Positions 8,796 through 18,925 of a stretch of 64,000 nt of DNA are shown in pieces (position 1 is the stretch's first letter; each line of letters begins with the position of its first letter). The translations under genes and the position numbers were made by a program. The notes under the pieces are model-generated. The model made no database searches, was not told the DNA's origin, and saw nothing but the letters and a program-made list of their open reading frames with translations. This DNA is from Verrucomicrobiota bacterium (GTDB lineage: Bacteria > Verrucomicrobiota > Kiritimatiellia > CAJWTS01), in assembly GCA_027623315.1 (NCBI GenBank), contig JAQBYD010000005.1, positions 16,699 through 80,698 on the forward strand. The letters are read 5' to 3'.

Positions 8796-9569
8796 CTACA
8801 GAAACACCCCGGCGGCGCCGGCGATGATGCAGTAGATCCCGAACCATTTGAAGTAGCCGGCTGAGAGAGCTTTGACGAGCAGGATGATTGCGCCGTAGCC
8901 GACGAGGGCGGATGTGGCCAGTGCGCAGAGCAGTTCAACCACGGTCAGATTGCCCAGCCCGGCGTCAGAAATGTCCAATGATGCCAGGATGATCGCGCCG
9001 CCCACGGCGGGCAGCATCAGCAGCAGCGAGAACTCCGCGGCTTTCTCCGGTGCGATGCCGAAGTGCCGTGCGACCGTAATCGTGGTGCCCGACCGGCTTA
9101 TTCCGGGAAGCAGGGCGATCGCCTGCGCGAAGCCGATGATCAGCGAAATGGGGCCGGTCATTTTTTGTGAGGAGCGCGGAGCGATGAAGAGCGTGCACAG
9201 CATCAGGCCCGTTACGATCAGCATCCATGCCGCGCGCGAAGGGTCGTCGAAAAGCGGTTCCAGCCGCTGTTTGAAGGCCAATCCGGCGATTACGATGGGG
9301 ATCGTGCCGCAAGTCACCGTCAAAAGGTCGTGTTTCCCTTCCCGGTTGAACTGCTTCACATCGGCGAGGAACTTGGCGATGCGGATGCGGTAGTAGGCCA
9401 GCACGGCCAGCAGGGTTCCAGCATGAATCGTGACCTCCAGCGTCACGTCCGGGGTCTCGAGGCCCAGAAAGCGATTCACGAGAACGATATGTCCCGAGCT
9501 GCTCACGGGCAGAAACTCGGTAAGTCCCTGGACAACGGCCAGCAGGATGACTTTGAGGATGTCGGGCAT
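8796..9569 (-). CDS. uppP: Undecaprenyl-diphosphate phosphatase
   Basis: VQGLTEFLPVSSSGH and PGISRSGTTI signatures. Confidence 0.95.
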   Translation of the reverse strand: MPDILKVILLAVVQGLTEFLPVSSSGHIVLVNRFLGLETPDVTLEVTIHAGTLLAVLAYYRIRIAKFLADVKQFNREGKHDLLTVTCGTIPIVIAGLAFKQRLEPLFDDPSRAAWMLIVTGLMLCTLFIAPRSSQKMTGPISLIIGFAQAIALLPGISRSGTTITVARHFGIAPEKAAEFSLLLMLPAVGGAIILASLDISDAGLGNLTVVELLCALATSALVGYGAIILLVKALSAGYFKWFGIYCIIAGAAGVFL

Positions 9570-9585
9570 TGGGGGGCTGATTCCA

Positions 9586-9636
9586 ACCGGGATGTGACAG
9601 GCTGTCGATAATATAGACGTAGAAGAATTTTTCCAT
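9586..9636 (-). pseudogene. Probable N-terminal remnant of a GIY-YIG nuclease
   Basis: Translates MEKFFYVYIIDSLSHPG, resembling the FYVYIL.S start of small GIY-YIG proteins, then loses similarity. Confidence 0.5.
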
Positions 9637-9678
9637 GACTGGCGTGCCAGGCGTAGCGGGCCGGCCTGAAACGGGGAG

Positions 9679-9750
9679 CCCGTCTTCGCCCTGCGCTACC
9701 GCTTCGGGCTTCGCCGGGCAGTCTTCGCGTGCCTGACGGCTCGCGAAGAC
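9679..9750. repeat. Small REP-like element plus hairpin adjoining the tRNA-Asp 3' end
   Basis: Reverse complement tgcccggcgaagc...gcgaagacggg; adjacent cagtcttcgcg...cgcgaagactg stem. Confidence 0.7.
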
Positions 9751-9827
9751 TGGCGGGAGCGACGAGACTCGAACTCGCAACATCCAGATCGACAGTCTGG
9801 TACTCTAACCGATTGAGCTACGCCCCC
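9751..9827 (-). tRNA. tRNA-Asp (GTC)
   Basis: CCAGA-CT-GTC-GA-TCTGG anticodon arm; GTTCGAGT; encoded CCA. Confidence 0.95.
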
Positions 9828-10080
9828 GCTAAAAGAACGGGTAAGCGAGGGTGTATAGAATTCTGCGAATTCAAAAGCAACAAAAAAACGTGAAGTCGCG
9901 CTCGCCGCCCCAGGGCGGTCTCATCCCTCTTTCACCCTGTAAATTCGCACAATCTTTGCATTCATCGGGTTGTGGCGGGGAGCTGCGTGGGCTATACTCA
10001 GGGCTGAGAAAAGTCGATTTCCTGCATAAGATGCGAACTTGCGGCAACTATCTTGTGAAACGGACGGGAAGAAAGGCACC

Positions 10081-11703
10081 GTGAGTCCAGACCGGATATC
10101 TAAGGAAGCGGACGGCGAGCTCTTGCAAGAGTATGCCGATTCCCGGGATGCACTGGCTTTCGCGGAGATAACGCGGCGGCATGGAGCGATGGTGCTCGGT
10201 GTTTCGCAGCGCATCACGCGCAATACGCATGACGCCGAGGACGTGGTCCAGGAGGCCTTCGTCGAGCTCTCGCACAAGGCCGGCAGCATCAGCTCGTTAC
10301 CCGGCTGGTTGCACCGCGTTGCCACCAACATCGCGAAGACAAAGATTCGGGCCGCCGTGCGTCGTCGTGAGCGTGAGCAGGCATCCATTGAGATCCAGGA
10401 TTCGGAGCCTTCGTCATGGGAAGCGATCTCGCCGCATGTGGATGCTGCGCTTTCCGAGTTGCCCCCCGAGATGCGCGAAGTCATGGTTCTGCATTTTCTC
10501 GAAGGAGCGAGCCAGGCCGAGATCGCGCAGCGTTTGAGTATGAACCAATCTACGGTATCACGCCGCCTGAAGTGGGGTGTCGAGCAGCTGCGTGTGCGTC
10601 TGCGTCACACGGGGGTGATCACCAGTTTCGGCATTCTCTCAATGCTCATGGCGGAGAACGCCGCCGCCGTCACGGCGCCAAAGGCTGTCATGGCCACGCT
10701 TGGCAAGATGGCCATGGTGGGCCTTGGGTCCGGTGAGTCGACCGCCGGCGCATCCACATCGTTGCTGCACGGTGAAATGGCGCGAGCAGCGGCCGTCATC
10801 GTGGTTGGCGTCGTGGGGATAGGGGCACTGGCGTATTTCCTTGCCGGTCCCGGAGACGGTGCGTCACTACGTACTGTGGTGGCGGACTACCAGCTTGATA
10901 ACGGCATGGCGACGCCGTCCGGACCCGCCGCGGCAGGGGCCACGGCAGCGCTCGCAGGTCCGCGTGATCATCTCGGACGCGGCGTGACGGCGATGAACGA
11001 CAACCCCGTCGCGGGCGACTACGAAATCACGACCGACCGACACCGATTTGCAATGGGATCCGCAGGCCGCGGCGCTGCGGCGCAAATTGGCGACCTTCCG
11101 ACGCTGCCCGGCGACGAGGTTGCAGAGGAGCCGCCGATGGCTGGAGCGGATGCGCGCGGGGCCGGCGGCGTGGGATCGGTGACCGACATGATGGCCGGCC
11201 ATTACGGGGCTTATCGACCCTTGCACGGCGGTGGATCGGCGGCTACGGCGGGCGATGAGTCGCTGGACGGGGCCGGATTTGGCGTGAACGGAGGCGCGGA
11301 TGGCGCTGCGGGCAGCTCTGCGAATATGGCGGGGGGCACCGCGAGCGCGATCGACGGTGCGTTGGCTGTCAACACCGGAACAGGCTCCGGGTGGACGGGC
11401 GGGTCCGCAGCGGGAGCGGAAGGCAGCGCAGGAACCGACGTCGGGTCCGGCGACGTTTCAATTAACTCCTTTGCGGCCAACGCGGAGATGCTTTGGGCAT
11501 TCACGGATATGGGATTGTATGCGTACGACTGGGCCCGCGGTGAGTGGCTGAATACGCCCGGCGGTCAGCATCCGTCGGACCCGTCGCGGAATATCCGCAT
11601 TGACGGCGCAGGCAATGTGATTATGACGGTGTATGCCGGTGGACAGATGCGCGATCAGGTCATCGGGCGCGTCACTGCGCCGGATCCCGCAAGCGAGGAG
11701 TAG
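10081..11703 (+). CDS. ECF sigma factor with C-terminal transmembrane helix and Gly/Ala-rich extension
   Basis: AFAEI..RH..MV, DAEDVVQEAF, GWLHRVA, region-4 HTH (SQAEIA..NQSTVSRRL); TM AAAVIVVGVVGIGALAYFL. Confidence 0.88.
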   Translation: MSPDRISKEADGELLQEYADSRDALAFAEITRRHGAMVLGVSQRITRNTHDAEDVVQEAFVELSHKAGSISSLPGWLHRVATNIAKTKIRAAVRRREREQASIEIQDSEPSSWEAISPHVDAALSELPPEMREVMVLHFLEGASQAEIAQRLSMNQSTVSRRLKWGVEQLRVRLRHTGVITSFGILSMLMAENAAAVTAPKAVMATLGKMAMVGLGSGESTAGASTSLLHGEMARAAAVIVVGVVGIGALAYFLAGPGDGASLRTVVADYQLDNGMATPSGPAAAGATAALAGPRDHLGRGVTAMNDNPVAGDYEITTDRHRFAMGSAGRGAAAQIGDLPTLPGDEVAEEPPMAGADARGAGGVGSVTDMMAGHYGAYRPLHGGGSAATAGDESLDGAGFGVNGGADGAAGSSANMAGGTASAIDGALAVNTGTGSGWTGGSAAGAEGSAGTDVGSGDVSINSFAANAEMLWAFTDMGLYAYDWARGEWLNTPGGQHPSDPSRNIRIDGAGNVIMTVYAGGQMRDQVIGRVTAPDPASEE

Positions 11704-11712
11704 TTGTCGTTC

Positions 11713-12282
11713 ATGCAAAGATTTGGAAACTCTCACGAAGCTGGCTCGCCGGCCGTGGTCGGCGTCATGATCGGACTGCTCGCGCTGGGCTGTCTGCAGG
11801 CCGCGACCGGAGAAGATGCGGGCGTGCCCGCGGGGGCAGCGGATGAACTGGGCCTCGGGCCATTGGAGGAAGTCGAGTTCTGGGAGAGCCGCCATAAGGA
11901 GCTTGAGCTGGAGATCGTGAAGAGGGGGCAGGAGCGGAAGAAGTCCCGGGCGGATTTGATGAAGCAGCGAGAGAACGTGGTCAAACTACAGCGCGAGGCG
12001 ATGACGTCCGACGAGGAAATCAAGAAATTGCATAGTCAGGTCGAGACGCTCAAGCGCCGCGTCAAAGAGGCGGAGGCGGAACTCCAGCAGAAGCTGAACG
12101 AGATTCCCGGCATTCGAGAGGGAACCGAGGGGCAGACCACCGGCGCGCGTCACACGCGCGATCTTGACGCGCAATGGAGAGAATTGTATGTGGAGAAGCG
12201 CACGGTTTGGGAAAAGTTGGTCGCCGCGAAAAAAAGGGCGGCTGATGCGAAGAAGGCATCCGAGGTTGCGGGAGCGCAGTAG
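11713..12282 (+). CDS. Secreted coiled-coil protein
   Basis: Hydrophobic N-terminal segment followed by E/K/R-rich heptad helices. Confidence 0.7.
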   Translation: MQRFGNSHEAGSPAVVGVMIGLLALGCLQAATGEDAGVPAGAADELGLGPLEEVEFWESRHKELELEIVKRGQERKKSRADLMKQRENVVKLQREAMTSDEEIKKLHSQVETLKRRVKEAEAELQQKLNEIPGIREGTEGQTTGARHTRDLDAQWRELYVEKRTVWEKLVAAKKRAADAKKASEVAGAQ

Positions 12283-12357
12283 GCTGAGAGATTCGACAAA
12301 TCCGGGACGCCCAGGCGGGGTCTCTGAACTAGCTTTCGATGAGGCACGCAGAATTTT

Positions 12358-15300
12358 ATGAGCAGATCCATTAGCAGGGACAAGATCATCGCCGCAGTGA
12401 TGGGACTCGTGCTCGTGTCATGTACGGCGGCGCTGGGGATTGATCGGCACGCGGAATCGGAGGGGCATTTCCTTTTTGTGTCTCCCGATAGTTCTGCGGT
12501 GCAGCAGATTCCGTTCACGACGGTCGTGGCTCGCGCCGAGATTGCGCGTGGGTTTACCGGGTTGAGCGTGCGCTGGCATGCCGACCGCGGGGTGCCTTCA
12601 TCGATTTCCGGAGAGGATTTATTGGCGAGCGTCGGAGACGCGCCGGGCGCGACGCCGTCATCTGACGCGATCACCTTACTCACCGAGTTGGAGGAGCTTT
12701 ACGGCATCCAGGATGCAAATCAGGAATTCGAGGTCGAGAGGGTTTCCGTGTCTTCGGACGGCTGTCACCATGTCCGCCTGCGCCAACTGCATCAGGCTGT
12801 TCGCGTCGCGGGCGCGTCGCTCATCGTTCATTTCGGTGCCGATGGCAAGGCGCGCCGTGTCAACGGCCGCTATCGCCCCATACAGAACGTGCCGTCGATC
12901 CCACGGCTGACCCCGGATCAGATCACGCAGATTGCGCAGAAAAATCTGGCCGCGATTGGATTGGGTGGCGGTGTGCTGGCTAAAGCGCCCGCGTTGTGCG
13001 TCTGGGCGAGTGCCCCGACGCCATTTCTCGCTTATGAGCTGACGATTTCCCGAGCGGCCGCCGGTGGAATGCCAGAGAAATGGCGTTATGTCATCGACGC
13101 ATTGACGGGCGAGGTGCGCGTGCGATTCAACGACATCAAGCATGTTGACCCGCCGTCGGAGTTTAGCGGGACTCCCGCGACGATCAGCGGAGAGGTCCTC
13201 GCGGGAGAAGGCGGCGCGGTGACGGCCATCGCAGGCTGGCGTGAGAACACCAGCGTTCACTACCTGACCAGCTTCTCGAACCTGTGGCAGGTGCTCAACG
13301 CGGGGAGCGAGGTCATATACAGCGACGGGGACACCTACGCTTTTCGTCCCACAAGCGACTGGGGCGCTAGCGACCCGGTAGAGATGTCCGCCGCGGTGAA
13401 TGTCAATTCGGTTCAAACCTATTTTCGCGACATCCATGGACGGGACAGTTACGACGATTTCGGGACGATGATACCGGCGCTGGTCCATTTCGGTGTGAGC
13501 TTCGTGAACGCCTTCTGGGACGGAGAGAGCATGGTCTTCGGCGATGGAGATGGCATCGCGGCGAATTCGCTCGCCGTGCTTGACATCACCGGACATGAGT
13601 TAAGTCATGCCGTCACGGAGTACAGCGCTAACCTGATCTACGCCTACGAATCGGGCGCCTTGAACGAGTCGTTTTCAGACATCTTCGGCGCGTTGATAGA
13701 ATTCTACGCACAACCCGATGGACGGGCCAACTATCCCGACGCCGTGCCGGGCACGGCCGACTGGTTGATGGGCGAAGACACATGGCTGGAATCGACCGCG
13801 TTGCGCGATATGCGTAATCCGGGCAGCACCGAGACGCTTTCGGAGGGGAGTCAACAGCCCAGCCGGTACCTGGGCACGGACTGGTTCGAAGGGGCGGGAG
13901 ACAACGGCGGTGTCCACTTCAATAGCGGAGTTCAGAATTTCTTCTTCTACCTATTGGTTGAAGGAGGGGCCGGCGACAATGATGGCCTCGCCTATGACAT
14001 CGATGGGGTCGGGCTTTCGGCGGCGGAGCAGATCGCGTATCTGACCCTTACGGAGTATCTCTTCCCGAGCGCGGAGTATGCTGACGTTGCCGAGGCATGG
14101 ATCGCGGCGGCGGAGGAACTGGATGAGCAGGGCGTCACAACCAATGCGTCCTTCGCTGCAATCGAAGCCTGGGCGGCATGTGGTGTTCTCGAACTGGGGA
14201 TCTGCACGCCGCCGGAGGGCTTCTCTGCCGGTCTGGATCTCAATTCCTACGAGCTGTTCCCGACATCGAAAGTCTACACGCTCACGAATCCGACAGACAC
14301 GAACCTGTACTGGGGCATCACGACGGCCGACCCGTGGGTTACCGTTTCGGAGACTGGGATCCTCCAGGCAGCGTTCACCATGACGAACGTCACCGTCGGC
14401 CTGGATTATGACATCATCACGAATTTCCCGGCCGGCCTCTATACGAGCGAAGTCGTATTCGCCAACGACGTACTGGATACGCGCACCTTCGAGCGGCCCG
14501 TCGTCGTGCGAGTCGGCGAGAATTACAGGTTTCAATCGGGTGTCATGGATTGGGTAGATCCTTCTGCCGGGGGACACGTGCTTATCGTGCATGTCCCAAA
14601 CGAGGATGCGATCACGATTCCGACGGCGTTTGATCTCTCGTACTACGGTGAGACGTTCACGAATCTGCACGTTGCCAGGGAGGGGCTGATAGGACTGCTA
14701 CCCGAGCCATCGCGCGGGGTGGAGAATGAGGATTTGCCGTCATTGCTGATGCCCGACGCCCTGATCTGTCCGTACTGGGACGACTTGGCCAGCCACCACT
14801 TACCTGGAGCGGTCTACTACGGCGTCGTGGGGTCGCCACCCAATCGGGCGATGGTCATCTCGTGGCTGACCGTTCCGCACGCTGCGGATTCGTCCGAGCG
14901 GTTCTCGTTCCAGGTGCTGATTCACGAGGCGGTCACGAACGAAGAAAACGACATTACGTTTCAGTATCTTGACTGTCGGCAGGACAATGCTGCCATCGGC
15001 GGCGGCCGTAGCGCGACGATCGGCCTTGAAGACCAGGGCGGTGTCATGGCCCGGCGCGTGTCCTTCAACGGACAGGTGCCGATCGCCAACGATGACGCCA
15101 TACACTTCAGCACGTCTCTGGCACCGGACGTCGTCGACCCGACCGGGCGTTTCGCTGTGCATCAATATGCGCAAGGCTCTGTAACCTTCGAGCTGCGTTT
15201 TAACGAATTCGTGCGAGGACTGGAGCTCTCGGACTTCACCCTCACCGGATCTGCGCCCGGGGCCACTATACAGAGTGTGTCGCATGGAGGATCGCGATAC

Positions 15301-18087
15301 CTTGTCGATGTGGGCGGGATTAGCGGACTCGGAAGCGTGATCATCTCGGTCAATGCAAGTGCGGTGACCGACTTTTCCGGGAATCCCAACCCGGCGGTGG
15401 GTCCGTTCATCTTCGTGGTGCCCCTCGTGCAGTCGGTGTTCTTTGATGATATGGAGCAAGGCGTGGGGGACTGGCTCGCCCAGGAGGAGGATGTCACCGA
15501 GATTATAAGTTCCGGATGGGAGTGGGGGCCTCCGACAGGGATCGGGGGGCCGCCATCCGCTTACAGTGGCGCTAGTTGCTGGGGCGTCTACCTTGGCGAC
15601 GGCGGCACCTACAGTAATTTCGCGAATACATGGCTGCAGGCTCCACCGCTTCACGTGGGTGACGATCCTTCGGTCGAATTCCGGCTGTGGAAGGATACCG
15701 AGGCGGGCTATGACTTTCTGTATGTTGAAGTCTCCAAGGGCCAGGGCTGGGACCGCGTCGCTGCTTTCAGTGGATACTCCGGTGCCTGGCAGTTGATACA
15801 ACTCGAATTGGATGAAGATACCTATGCGAACGAGACGATTTATGTTCGATTCCGCTTGGTGGCGGACGCATCGCTCAGCTTCTTCCATGGCGCCTACGTG
15901 GATGACTTTGCGATCCAGAGCCGTCGCGCGGATGGACTGTGGGTGCAGGCATACCTTCCGTTAAATGCGGCGCCCTCGACGATTAACCCCATCGGATTCA
16001 CGCTATACAATACATCCACGCAGACATTCCCGGATGTGCAGGCACACGTCAGTACTCTCAATACCGGCGCGAGCGTGCCGGGCCTTGATACGATCGACTA
16101 CGGTGATCTCCTCGCCGGAGCGCTGACGAACGGCTCCGGCACCGTGAACCTTTCGCTCGCGGATGCGTCCCAGTTTGTTGGCCCGACCGTATTCCTGGTC
16201 TATTCCGTCACGAGTTCCGCGGGGTACGCCGCGACGCAATTCCTGCCGTTCGAGGTGATCGGGATTCCGTTTACCGTCGGTGCGCATGTCCTGAGGGCGA
16301 GGTCATCCGGCAGCGTCAGCGATTGGCAGGGGGAGCCCCTGCAGGGCAATGGCGGTGTCGGGTCTGCAGTCTTCCAGCTTATCGGCGCCGGCAGCAACGG
16401 GTCGCCCGACCCACCGCGCGCGGACGGCGGCGTAACCGGCGACGATGCGCTCCTATACAGTGTGTCACCATTGTCCGCGATCGGGCGCTTCGGAGAGGGC
16501 GCCGGCATCCCGGAGGATGAGGGGCAATTCTCCAAGATCTTCCACCATAATCTTGGCAGTGGCTCCAAGGTGTTTGTTCGGGCGTGGGACGGAGCCAGCT
16601 TTCTCGGATCGGTCGCCTACGGCGATTCCAGCCGCTTCACACTGACCGGGGAGTCCTTGCTGGAGCATGATTTTGGCTCTTGGAATGTGATTAATCCAAC
16701 CGATGATCTTCGCGACACCAATGGGGACGGTGTGCCGGACAGTTACTATATTGCGGCTGGCCAGAATCCGTTTGCGTCCGGGGGTCTCTCGCTGGTGTGG
16801 GCGCCCTCTCCAGGATCGAGTGTGGTCAGTGGCTTGTCCAGACCTGGGCGTGTTGCCGCCACCGCTACGCACGTCTACATCGCGGATACGCGTCACGACC
16901 GCGTCCTCGTAGCCAGTCTTTCACTGGATACGATCATTCAGAGCTATGGTTCGTTCGGCACCGGCGACGGGCAGTTCGCTTGGCCCGAGGGTTTAACATA
17001 CGATCCCGCCAGTGGCCGACTGTACGTCGCTGACACAAAGAACGATCGGGTCGTGGCCCTCAATATCAGTGGATCGGGGCTGCTCTCGTTCAACTTCGCC
17101 TTTAACGGTACCGCGAGTCCGGTGGGGGCACTGAATACCCCTTACGATGTGGCCACGGATTCCTCGGGCAACATCTATGTTACGGATACGGACAATAACC
17201 AGATCCAGAAGTTCAACAAACTGGGCGAGTATCTGGATTCGGCCGGCGGATACTATAAGCCGAGCGGAATCGCCGTCGACAGCGCGGATCGTGTGATTGT
17301 CGCGGATACGGATCACCACCAGGTGAAAGTTCTGGACACCGATCTGGACAGCATCATTACCTTCGGCAGCCTCGGTACGGCGATCGGCGAACTGCAGCGC
17401 CCGATCGGTATTGGCATCGGTATCGGCGACCGCATCTACGTGGTTGAACAGGTTAATCATCGCATTCAGATCTTTAGCGCCGCACCGACCCCGACCTCGC
17501 TGGGCGCGTACAAGCCTCCCAGCGGCGCACACGGCGGTGGCGACGACGAGTTGCGCCTTCCGCAGGGCGCCTGGCCCGTTCTCACCGGTGATCGGCACCT
17601 CGTGTATGTCGCTGACTCGTGGAACGATCGGGTTAAGTGCATGGAACTGATCACGGATGGCGATCAAGACGGTATGGAAGACCTCTGGGAGGACCGGAAC
17701 GGTCTGGACAGCACGATCGACGACTCGCTCCTCGACAAGGATCTGGACGGAGTCAGCAACGTCGGCGAGTACCGCTTCGGCTCCGATCCCGACAACCCGA
17801 CGTCGTTCCCCTTCTCGACGGATGGTGGCAACGAGCAGTTCTTTGTCCGCGCGGTGGCACTTGGCGCGGGTGGCTCCGGTCATGCGGCCGAGGGCAGCCG
17901 CGGCGTCGTATTCAGCTTTGACGCTTCCGAGAGCGGCATCTACGAGATCCAGCATTGCGACGACATTGCCGGCGGCGCCTGGAACGCCGGAACGCTCGTC
18001 TACGCGGATGCAGACGGCGTGATTACCGTGACCAATTCCGTGCCGAACTCGAGCCGTTTCTTCCGTGTTCGGTGGTTGAATCCGTAA
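12358..18087 (+). CDS. Large secreted M4 (thermolysin-family) metallopeptidase with accessory domains and NHL repeats
   Basis: Signal peptide; FTP/PepSY-like prodomain; NAFWDG, HELSH, GALNESFSD, DNGGVHFNSG; NHL repeats (YIADT.HDRV); DxDxDG repeats. Confidence 0.93.
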   Translation: MSRSISRDKIIAAVMGLVLVSCTAALGIDRHAESEGHFLFVSPDSSAVQQIPFTTVVARAEIARGFTGLSVRWHADRGVPSSISGEDLLASVGDAPGATPSSDAITLLTELEELYGIQDANQEFEVERVSVSSDGCHHVRLRQLHQAVRVAGASLIVHFGADGKARRVNGRYRPIQNVPSIPRLTPDQITQIAQKNLAAIGLGGGVLAKAPALCVWASAPTPFLAYELTISRAAAGGMPEKWRYVIDALTGEVRVRFNDIKHVDPPSEFSGTPATISGEVLAGEGGAVTAIAGWRENTSVHYLTSFSNLWQVLNAGSEVIYSDGDTYAFRPTSDWGASDPVEMSAAVNVNSVQTYFRDIHGRDSYDDFGTMIPALVHFGVSFVNAFWDGESMVFGDGDGIAANSLAVLDITGHELSHAVTEYSANLIYAYESGALNESFSDIFGALIEFYAQPDGRANYPDAVPGTADWLMGEDTWLESTALRDMRNPGSTETLSEGSQQPSRYLGTDWFEGAGDNGGVHFNSGVQNFFFYLLVEGGAGDNDGLAYDIDGVGLSAAEQIAYLTLTEYLFPSAEYADVAEAWIAAAEELDEQGVTTNASFAAIEAWAACGVLELGICTPPEGFSAGLDLNSYELFPTSKVYTLTNPTDTNLYWGITTADPWVTVSETGILQAAFTMTNVTVGLDYDIITNFPAGLYTSEVVFANDVLDTRTFERPVVVRVGENYRFQSGVMDWVDPSAGGHVLIVHVPNEDAITIPTAFDLSYYGETFTNLHVAREGLIGLLPEPSRGVENEDLPSLLMPDALICPYWDDLASHHLPGAVYYGVVGSPPNRAMVISWLTVPHAADSSERFSFQVLIHEAVTNEENDITFQYLDCRQDNAAIGGGRSATIGLEDQGGVMARRVSFNGQVPIANDDAIHFSTSLAPDVVDPTGRFAVHQYAQGSVTFELRFNEFVRGLELSDFTLTGSAPGATIQSVSHGGSRYLVDVGGISGLGSVIISVNASAVTDFSGNPNPAVGPFIFVVPLVQSVFFDDMEQGVGDWLAQEEDVTEIISSGWEWGPPTGIGGPPSAYSGASCWGVYLGDGGTYSNFANTWLQAPPLHVGDDPSVEFRLWKDTEAGYDFLYVEVSKGQGWDRVAAFSGYSGAWQLIQLELDEDTYANETIYVRFRLVADASLSFFHGAYVDDFAIQSRRADGLWVQAYLPLNAAPSTINPIGFTLYNTSTQTFPDVQAHVSTLNTGASVPGLDTIDYGDLLAGALTNGSGTVNLSLADASQFVGPTVFLVYSVTSSAGYAATQFLPFEVIGIPFTVGAHVLRARSSGSVSDWQGEPLQGNGGVGSAVFQLIGAGSNGSPDPPRADGGVTGDDALLYSVSPLSAIGRFGEGAGIPEDEGQFSKIFHHNLGSGSKVFVRAWDGASFLGSVAYGDSSRFTLTGESLLEHDFGSWNVINPTDDLRDTNGDGVPDSYYIAAGQNPFASGGLSLVWAPSPGSSVVSGLSRPGRVAATATHVYIADTRHDRVLVASLSLDTIIQSYGSFGTGDGQFAWPEGLTYDPASGRLYVADTKNDRVVALNISGSGLLSFNFAFNGTASPVGALNTPYDVATDSSGNIYVTDTDNNQIQKFNKLGEYLDSAGGYYKPSGIAVDSADRVIVADTDHHQVKVLDTDLDSIITFGSLGTAIGELQRPIGIGIGIGDRIYVVEQVNHRIQIFSAAPTPTSLGAYKPPSGAHGGGDDELRLPQGAWPVLTGDRHLVYVADSWNDRVKCMELITDGDQDGMEDLWEDRNGLDSTIDDSLLDKDLDGVSNVGEYRFGSDPDNPTSFPFSTDGGNEQFFVRAVALGAGGSGHAAEGSRGVVFSFDASESGIYEIQHCDDIAGGAWNAGTLVYADADGVITVTNSVPNSSRFFRVRWLNP

Positions 18088-18761
18088 TGAGTCAAGCCTT
18101 GGTCAAATCCATGCACAGTGGCAGCCCCAAAGTAGAAGCGGCGTCCCGCCGCTTTCCAGCACTCATATCAGGACTCATATCAGCACTCATGGCGCGTTCC
18201 GTGAAAGAAAGCGGCGGGACGCCGCTTCTACTTTGGGGCGAAGCTCGGACACTTGGATGGTTCGGGACCGCACTTCTCGTGACCGCGTTGCTTGTACCAC
18301 CCGCCAGGGCTATCGCCGAAGACACGGCGACCACCCCTCCGCCCACGCGCACTTTCAACGACGTGAAGGACCAGTTGAACGCCATGGTTGCGGAAGAGCG
18401 CGAGTCCGTGAAGAAGAGCCGCGAGATGGTCGCCGGGATTTCACGATTGGGCGTCCGCGAGTTGAAAATTCGCGACCGGATCCTGGCGGCGGACCCGCAG
18501 TTGAAAGCGCTCAGCAAGAGTGGCGGCGACGCCGAATCCGGGCAAGAGCGCGGTTCGCGTGAGAAGATTCTCGAGCGCCGCCTGCGCGAGAAGAGCGAAG
18601 TGTTGGCTTCGATGATGGATGAGAAACAGGCCCTCATCGACGAACATGCGAAGCTCCAGCTCAAGATTAACGACCTGAGACAGCAGAAAGACTCTCTTTT
18701 TGAAGAGGTGCGTCCGAAAGGCCCCGAAAAGGCGGCGGGAGCCTCCAACGCTAAGCCTTGA
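18087..18761 (+). CDS. Secreted coiled-coil protein (start uncertain; a REPIN lies in the 5' region)
   Basis: ATG overlaps the upstream TAA; signal-like LGWFGTALLVTALLVPPARA; coiled-coil body. Confidence 0.65.
   Translation: MSQALVKSMHSGSPKVEAASRRFPALISGLISALMARSVKESGGTPLLLWGEARTLGWFGTALLVTALLVPPARAIAEDTATTPPPTRTFNDVKDQLNAMVAEERESVKKSREMVAGISRLGVRELKIRDRILAADPQLKALSKSGGDAESGQERGSREKILERRLREKSEVLASMMDEKQALIDEHAKLQLKINDLRQQKDSLFEEVRPKGPEKAAGASNAKP
18124..18239. repeat. GTAG-family REPIN-like element
   Basis: Perfect 33-bp inverted repeats gccccaaaGTAGaagcggcgtcccgccgctttc; 12-nt tandem repeats in the loop. Confidence 0.9.
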
Positions 18762-18925
18762 ACCGTCAGCCCTGAACTTATGCTTGAAAACGCTCGAGGT
18801 TCTGGTATTTGAGCTCTCTTACATGGCAATTTTTCTCAGAATTGGTGCATAGATCACCACCCGGCGGCAACTGGTATATAGAGAGCAAGATAGGTCTGTA
18901 GGGAAATTCGCAATCTTGAGATAGC

